Of a stretch of DNA of 19,449 bases, positions 14,317-19,449 are shown piece by piece. Location of the stretch: NCBI GenBank assembly GCA_964573185.1, contig CAZNIQ010000012.1:1-19449 (forward strand), written 5' to 3'. Origin of the DNA: Candidatus Woesearchaeota archaeon (GTDB lineage: Archaea > Nanobdellota > Nanobdellia > Nanobdellales > CAZNIQ01). The stretch's first letter is position 1. Each line of letters opens with the position of its first letter. The position numbers and the translations under genes were made by a program. The notes under the pieces were generated by a model that saw only the letters and a program-made list of their open reading frames with translations, had not been told where the DNA came from and did no database searches.

Positions 14317-15122
14317 GGTTTGGACCTGCTGGGATTCCAAATTCTTCTCCAAAGAAAGATACTTTAACTGGACTAAAAACTGTAAAAGATTTGGGATTGG
14401 ATGCTATGGAATTAGAATTCGTTTACGGTGTTAGGATGTCCGAATCTACTGCTTTAAAGGTTAGGGATCTCGCAAAGGAATTAGATATAAAATTATCTGC
14501 TCATGCACCTTATTATATAAATTTAAATGCTCAAGAAAAGGTAAAAATAGAAAGAAGCATAAAAAATCTTGTCGATTCAGCAAAAATAGCATATTATGCT
14601 GGTGCAGAATCTGTAGTATTTCATCCCGGTTGGTATATGAGGAAACCAAAGGAAACTGCTTATAGAAACGTTAAAGAGAACCTTAAGAAAGCATTGCAAA
14701 TAATTCAAGATAACGGATGGAATGTTATATTAAGGCCTGAGACTATGGATTCTTTACAGAAGTTCGGGGATTTAGATGAAGTTATTAGATTATCTCAAGA
14801 ATTAGAAAATGTTTTACCTTGTATAGATTTTGCACATTTAAGGTATAGATATCAGAGAAACGACGTAGAATTCTTCAGGAAAGTACTAGAGAAAATAGAA
14901 AATGAATTAGGAAAAGAAGCTTTGAAAAATATGCATATTCATATTTCTGGAATAAAATTGGATAAACATGGAACACATATTAATCTAAATGAATCTGATA
15001 TTCCTTGGCAAGAAATTCTAAAGTTATTAAAAGAATTTAATGTTGATGGTATTATTATTTCAGAAAGTCCAAATCTTGAAGAGGACGCTTTGATGTTAAA
15101 GAAATATTGGGAAAAACTATGA
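14313..15122 (+). CDS. nfo: Endonuclease IV-like AP endonuclease (xylose isomerase-like TIM barrel)
   Basis: Nfo-type metal-site motifs appear in order: SAHAPYYINL, VVFHPGW, LRPETM, IDFAHL, HIHISG and IISESP. Confidence 0.7.
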   Translation: MRFGPAGIPNSSPKKDTLTGLKTVKDLGLDAMELEFVYGVRMSESTALKVRDLAKELDIKLSAHAPYYINLNAQEKVKIERSIKNLVDSAKIAYYAGAESVVFHPGWYMRKPKETAYRNVKENLKKALQIIQDNGWNVILRPETMDSLQKFGDLDEVIRLSQELENVLPCIDFAHLRYRYQRNDVEFFRKVLEKIENELGKEALKNMHIHISGIKLDKHGTHINLNESDIPWQEILKLLKEFNVDGIIISESPNLEEDALMLKKYWEKL

Positions 15123-16042
15123 TAGAATTCATTATTTTAACAATTAGTCTTCTTGTACTGGTAAAATCTGCAGACATTTTAGTTGAAAACGCTTCAAAAC
15201 TAGCTATAAAATTAGGAATACCAAAAAATATAATTGGTTTAACATTAGTTGCTTTTGGAACATCTTTTCCAGAATTTGTAGTAAACATTTTATCATCCTT
15301 AAAAGGAGAAAATCAAATAGCATTAGGTAATATCATCGGTTCTGATTTAGCAAACTTATCTCTGGTTCTAGGATTGGCTGCTATAGCATATCCTTTGAAG
15401 ATACAGAGGGAAGCTATTTGGAGGGAAATTCCTCTTGCAACCGTAATAATATTGGCAACGCTATTTCTGATAATGGACAATACTTTAAGTTTTTGGGATG
15501 GTTTAGTATTATATCTCTTCTTCGTCCTCTTCCTAACCTATATATTAGAAAAGATAAGTACTGAAAGATCGGAAAAGGAAATTATTAAAGAAAAATTATC
15601 TAAAATAATTTTACTTATAATTTTATCCTTACTCGGTTTGTATTTTTCTGGGGAATTTTTAATTGATTCCTTAATAGCTATTTCCACAAAAATGGGAATC
15701 TCATTATATGCTTTATCATCAATTTTAATAGCAGTAGGAACTTCTCTGCCAGAATTGGTAGTCAATTTAATGGCTTCTGTAAGAAAAGAAAGCGATATAG
15801 CGGTTGGAAACGTTTTAGGTAGTAACATCTTTAATACTGCTTTCATTTTGGCAACCTCCGCAGTAATAAATCCCATTCAGATTTTCTCAGAAAAAGTTAT
15901 ATTGCATTTTGCATTAATCCTTATAGCAACAGCTATATTATTTATAGGGAATTTCACACTGAGGAAGAGAATTATTGATAGAGAAGAAGGTTTATTGTTA
16001 CTGTTAGTGTATATAGTTTATTTATTTAGTTTAATAAAATGA
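15119..16042 (+). CDS. Ca2+/Na+ antiporter (CaCA / YrbG family)
   Basis: It has two alpha-repeats, GTSFPEF...GNIIGSDLANL and GTSLPEL...GNVLGSNIFN, and ~10 TM helices. The ATG at 15119 forms an ATGA overlap with the upstream stop. The listed 15107 start is TTG. Confidence 0.85.
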   Translation: MIEFIILTISLLVLVKSADILVENASKLAIKLGIPKNIIGLTLVAFGTSFPEFVVNILSSLKGENQIALGNIIGSDLANLSLVLGLAAIAYPLKIQREAIWREIPLATVIILATLFLIMDNTLSFWDGLVLYLFFVLFLTYILEKISTERSEKEIIKEKLSKIILLIILSLLGLYFSGEFLIDSLIAISTKMGISLYALSSILIAVGTSLPELVVNLMASVRKESDIAVGNVLGSNIFNTAFILATSAVINPIQIFSEKVILHFALILIATAILFIGNFTLRKRIIDREEGLLLLLVYIVYLFSLIK

Positions 16043-16317
16043 TACATATCCTAGAAGCAACTATAGCAATTTTAATTTTGTTAATTCCCACTTTATTTCT
16101 GAACTTTCAGGGAAAGGCATATTTTAATGAAACATTAGTACGCCACTTAGTTTATAATGAACCTATTAAATTAAAAAGCATATATAGTTATGTAAGAGTT
16201 TACTATTTTTGTAACAAATTTAACAATATTTCCTATGGGAATGGTTATCCTAAAATAGCATATCTCTTTGTTGGGAATGAAACCATTTACTGTCCAGCTT
16301 TAGTTTTATTAGGGTGA
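16039..16317 (+). CDS. Small secreted/membrane protein, possible pilin-like
   Basis: It has an ATGA overlap with the antiporter gene, an N-terminal hydrophobic helix ILEATIAILILLIPTLFL, 3 N-x-S/T sequons and 2 Cys. No clear basic-Gly cleavage motif is present. Confidence 0.35.
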   Translation: MIHILEATIAILILLIPTLFLNFQGKAYFNETLVRHLVYNEPIKLKSIYSYVRVYYFCNKFNNISYGNGYPKIAYLFVGNETIYCPALVLLG

Positions 16318-16706
16318 GAAGCCAATTGTTAATAATAGCTTCTGCAGTTATAGCCTTTATTCTTTTTTCTTTTAAAATTCTTAATGTTTATAAAGAAATA
16401 AATCCTATCCGGAATTTTCAGAATGAGGTAAAATACTTGCTTAATTATCCAGATAAAATTGCGAATTTCTCTGAACTTTTTGAAAAAATTTTTAATACAA
16501 AAATTTCAATTGCTTACTGTGATGGTAAAAATTATTATAATTATAGTGCAAAGATATTGGCTTGCAACGAAGTTTTTATAGCAAACTTAACGAATTGCAA
16601 TAGAATAGTTGTAACTACTGTCTATATTCCATTTTTAAATTATAGAAAACCGACAATCTGTTATTGTATTAAATATAAGAATCTTATTGATTTGAAATGT
16701 TTATAA
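16314..16706 (+). CDS. Small pilin-like protein (class III signal peptide candidate)
   Basis: It has a GTGA overlap start. The N-terminus is MRS/QLLIIASAVIAFILFSF (basic residue, small residue, Gln, then a hydrophobic helix). It has 6 Cys and 3 sequons. Confidence 0.4.
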   Translation: MRSQLLIIASAVIAFILFSFKILNVYKEINPIRNFQNEVKYLLNYPDKIANFSELFEKIFNTKISIAYCDGKNYYNYSAKILACNEVFIANLTNCNRIVVTTVYIPFLNYRKPTICYCIKYKNLIDLKCL

Positions 16707-17145
16707 AAATTCCACTTTCATTTTTAATTAGTAATATTTTTGCTTTACCAGTTATTGGCTTCAGATCATTCTCTATATCCGTTTTTGTATATATACTACA
16801 AATCTTTAGAGTTCCATGAGAAAAACATGTATAGTTGTATACAGATTTATAATAGATATTTAGGTTTCTCCGCAAAGTTACATTACAAAATATCTTTTTA
16901 TCTCTGATTTCTAAAAAAGTATTTTCCGGTAATTCTATATTGAAACTTTCATTTCCTTTATATATTTTTTTCAAAAAATTTACTTGACCATTTATAAATG
17001 ATATTAAATTTTCACAGTAATTTAGATAGTACTTTGCTTTTTGAACTTCCAAATAAGGAACTACAACTGAAAGAACTGCTGCTATCGTGCTTATTGCAAA
17101 AGCTAAATATAATACATAATTTATCCAAATACTTTGTCCTTTCAT
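16684..17145 (-). CDS. Archaeal type IV pilin-like protein (class III signal peptide)
   Basis: The N-terminus is MKG/QSIWINYVLYLAFAISTIAAVLSVVV. This KGQ-type prepilin peptidase motif is followed by a hydrophobic helix. It has 4 Cys, 5 sequons and an ATGA overlap with the upstream methyltransferase gene. Confidence 0.5.
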   Translation of the reverse strand: MKGQSIWINYVLYLAFAISTIAAVLSVVVPYLEVQKAKYYLNYCENLISFINGQVNFLKKIYKGNESFNIELPENTFLEIRDKKIFCNVTLRRNLNIYYKSVYNYTCFSHGTLKICSIYTKTDIENDLKPITGKAKILLIKNESGIFINISNQ

Positions 17146-18260
17146 TTTAATTTTAACAAAGCTATAGCTTCTACATGTATCGTATGTGGAAACTGGTCAA
17201 TCATTACTAGATATTCTAGTTCGTAACCGACTTTTTGTAACTGTCTAATATCCCTATATTGTGTTTTCGGATTACAAGAAACATAAACGATATGTTTCGG
17301 TTTAGATCTAATTAACATCCTTACTGCTTTAGGATGCATTCCTGCTCTAGGAGGATCTATTATAACTTTATCTGCTTTTATTTCTTTCAATTCTTCAACT
17401 TTCTTCTCAATAATTTCATAATTATTTAATCCATTTATCTCAAAATTTTTCTTGAATAGTTCTATAGAATCCCTTTCAATTTCTACACCTACTACTTTCT
17501 TAGCATTCTTAGCAATTTCTACTGAAAAGAAACCAGCACCAGCATACAAATCATAAACGATTTCATCACCTTTTAAATCCAATAATTCTATAGCTTTTTC
17601 CAAGAGTATTTCTGCAGTATATGAATTAGTTTGGAAGAAAGAATTTGGAGAAATTAAATATTTATTTCCTAAAATTTCCTCTTCAATATATTCTTTGCCA
17701 AAAACCAAATATTTTTCATATGAATAAGATACATCAGCCCAAGTAGGATTTATACCCAGATATAAAGAGTCTACTTTTATTTTCCTTTCATCCAGCATCT
17801 CTTTGAACTCTAAAAGCTCTTTCTTAGTTTTTTCCAAATCTTTTGGCTTATAGGTAACAGCAATGACCATCCTTTGATTAGTAAATTTTCCTTCTCTTAT
17901 TACAATATACCTTGCAAATCCTTTATGCTTTACAGTATCCCACGGGATCCATCTTTTCTCTCTTATAAATTCTCTAAAGATATTTTTTATTTCATTTGCT
18001 TCAGGAGACATTAAGTAGCATTCTTTTAAATCAACATAAGCCCACCATTTTCCTCTTTCTTTTAATCCAACTTTATATCCTGGTCCAACAACGTAATCCA
18101 TCCTATTCCTATAATACCAAATTCTTGGAGAGGGATAGGCTTCATCTGGTTCTCTGAAAAATATTTTATATACTTGATTTATTTTCCATTCAAATTGCTC
18201 ATTATAAGGTTTGTCTTGCATCTGACATCCTCCACACTTACCGAAATGAGGACAAAGCAT
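17142..18260 (-). CDS. RumA/TrmA-type RNA (uracil-5)-methyltransferase, no TRAM domain
   Basis: The Fe-S motif CPHFGKCGGC sits at the very N-terminus. It has the SAM motif DLYAGAGFFS, IIDPPRAGM, the catalytic YVSCNP and DQFPHTIHVE. The ATG at 18260 is preferred; the listed 18278 start is TTG. Confidence 0.85.
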   Translation of the reverse strand: MLCPHFGKCGGCQMQDKPYNEQFEWKINQVYKIFFREPDEAYPSPRIWYYRNRMDYVVGPGYKVGLKERGKWWAYVDLKECYLMSPEANEIKNIFREFIREKRWIPWDTVKHKGFARYIVIREGKFTNQRMVIAVTYKPKDLEKTKKELLEFKEMLDERKIKVDSLYLGINPTWADVSYSYEKYLVFGKEYIEEEILGNKYLISPNSFFQTNSYTAEILLEKAIELLDLKGDEIVYDLYAGAGFFSVEIAKNAKKVVGVEIERDSIELFKKNFEINGLNNYEIIEKKVEELKEIKADKVIIDPPRAGMHPKAVRMLIRSKPKHIVYVSCNPKTQYRDIRQLQKVGYELEYLVMIDQFPHTIHVEAIALLKLK

Positions 18261-18288
18261 ATAAATTATAAAGAACAATTAATTAAAA

Positions 18289-19143
18289 ATGATTGATTAT
18301 AAGAGAATTACTTGGTGTCCCGGATGTACGAACTTCGGAATTCTAACGGCTTTTACTAAAGCTATTCAAGAATTAATCAATGAAGGAAAAATAGAGAAAA
18401 AAGACATTGTCGTTTTAGGAGGCATTGGATGTGCAGGAAAATTACCAGATTATCTTAAGTTAAATTCATTTATTGGTTTGCATGGAAGAGCTTTGGCTTC
18501 TGGAATAGGAATCAAATTGGCAAACCCTGAATTGAAAGTTATTATTTTTCAGGGAGATGGAGACACCTATAATGAGGGTCTAGAGCATTTTATATCAGCC
18601 TGTAAAGAAAATCCAGATGTAACTTTAATAGTACATAATAATAAAACCTTTGCTTTAACTACTGGCCAACATACTTTTACAACAGAACCTGGTTTTAAAT
18701 CAAGATCTTTAGGACAAGAAGTGTTTACTAAACCCTTGAATCCAATAGCTTTAGCTTTGGTTTCAGGTGCTACTTTTGTTGCAAGGGGATATGCTTTATG
18801 GATAGATCATCTAAAAGAACTGATTAAAGAGGCTATCCTACACAGAGGTTTTAGTTTTATAGATGTTTTACAACCTTGTATTTCTTTCCATGACACTAGA
18901 AAATTTTATGAAGAGAGGATGTATAAATTAGAGGAAAGTAATCATGATTATACTAATTTTGATGAAGCTTTAAAGAAAGCTCTTGAATGGGATTATACTT
19001 TAAATCCTAACGCAAGAATACCTATTGGAATTTTCTATAAAACTGAAAGAAAGACGTTAGAAAAAGGATTAAAAGCTAAAAACGTATTAAAAATAGTGAG
19101 AAGCTTAAATTGGGATGTTTTAAACTACGTAAAGGTTCCTTAA
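18289..19143 (+). CDS. 2-oxoacid:ferredoxin oxidoreductase beta subunit (TPP-binding)
   Basis: It has the N-terminal WCPGC motif, GGIGCAG, and the TPP motif GDGDTYNEG...IVHNN. Confidence 0.85.
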   Translation: MIDYKRITWCPGCTNFGILTAFTKAIQELINEGKIEKKDIVVLGGIGCAGKLPDYLKLNSFIGLHGRALASGIGIKLANPELKVIIFQGDGDTYNEGLEHFISACKENPDVTLIVHNNKTFALTTGQHTFTTEPGFKSRSLGQEVFTKPLNPIALALVSGATFVARGYALWIDHLKELIKEAILHRGFSFIDVLQPCISFHDTRKFYEERMYKLEESNHDYTNFDEALKKALEWDYTLNPNARIPIGIFYKTERKTLEKGLKAKNVLKIVRSLNWDVLNYVKVP

Positions 19144-19449
19144 ATTTTCTTAACAGTATATAGCATTTTTTCTATATATTTGAATTCGTCATATAATTGT
19201 CTTAGATATCTAAAAATTCTCTTATCATTTGCATGTTGGTGTTTTCCTAAAAAAGATTTTACAAGATCTGTTAGAATATTGTAAATAGAACCAAATTCTA
19301 ACAAATGATGTTGATAATATATTTTTCCAAAAATGTCTATTAATTTATATCCATTTTTTAAAATCAAATCTAGAGCTTTATCATATTTACGCTTTTCAAA
19401 GAACTTAACATATTCCTTAATAATGAATACTAATAATCTCTCTTCAGAG
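19140..19449 (-). CDS. Hypothetical helical protein, 5'-truncated by the window edge
   Basis: The reading frame stays open from the listed TTG (19367) up to nt 19448 (...SEERLLVFIIKEYVKFFEKRKYDKALD LILKNGY...). No motif was recognised. Confidence 0.35.
   Translation of the reverse strand, partial: SEERLLVFIIKEYVKFFEKRKYDKALDLILKNGYKLIDIFGKIYYQHHLLEFGSIYNILTDLVKSFLGKHQHANDKRIFRYLRQLYDEFKYIEKMLYTVKKI

Overview
This is a visibly AT-rich (roughly 30% G+C by eye, not computed), very gene-dense archaeal chromosomal segment. Nearly every junction is a start/stop overlap or a gap of 40 bp or less, and the few GC-rich islands are all RNA genes. That pattern fits a hyperthermophile with a small, compact genome. 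A Nanoarchaeota-like or other reduced lineage is an inference only. Confident protein calls are archaeal DnaG, AMP phosphorylase plus ribose-1,5-bisphosphate isomerase, RNase Z, archaeal-type ProRS, endonuclease IV-like, a Ca2+/Na+ antiporter and a 2-oxoacid:ferredoxin oxidoreductase beta subunit. There is also a dense set of tRNA-modification enzymes: Taw3, TtuA-like, ThiI and a RumA/TrmA-type m5U methyltransferase. RNA genes are tRNA-Trp(CCA), tRNA-Gly(GCC), a textbook H/ACA guide sRNA (3005-3073, minus), a box C/D sRNA (10529-10579, plus) and a second, weaker C/D-like GC-rich island (6318-6403, minus). The items most worth follow-up are listed here. (1) tRNA-Gly is wedged with 0 and 4 nt spacing between two weakly similar coiled-coil ORFs, beside RNase Z. 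(2) Three small class-III-signal-peptide (pilin-like) genes cluster near Cys-rich surface proteins. (3) A D,D,D,QxxRW processive-type GT2 synthase is translationally coupled to a UbiA-like membrane protein. (4) ProRS carries an insertion of about 74 aa in its catalytic core. (5) The guide RNAs are not explained by any ORF. No CRISPR array, transposase, integrase or recognisable defence gene was seen. I found no single novel multi-gene system that I can defend beyond these candidates.
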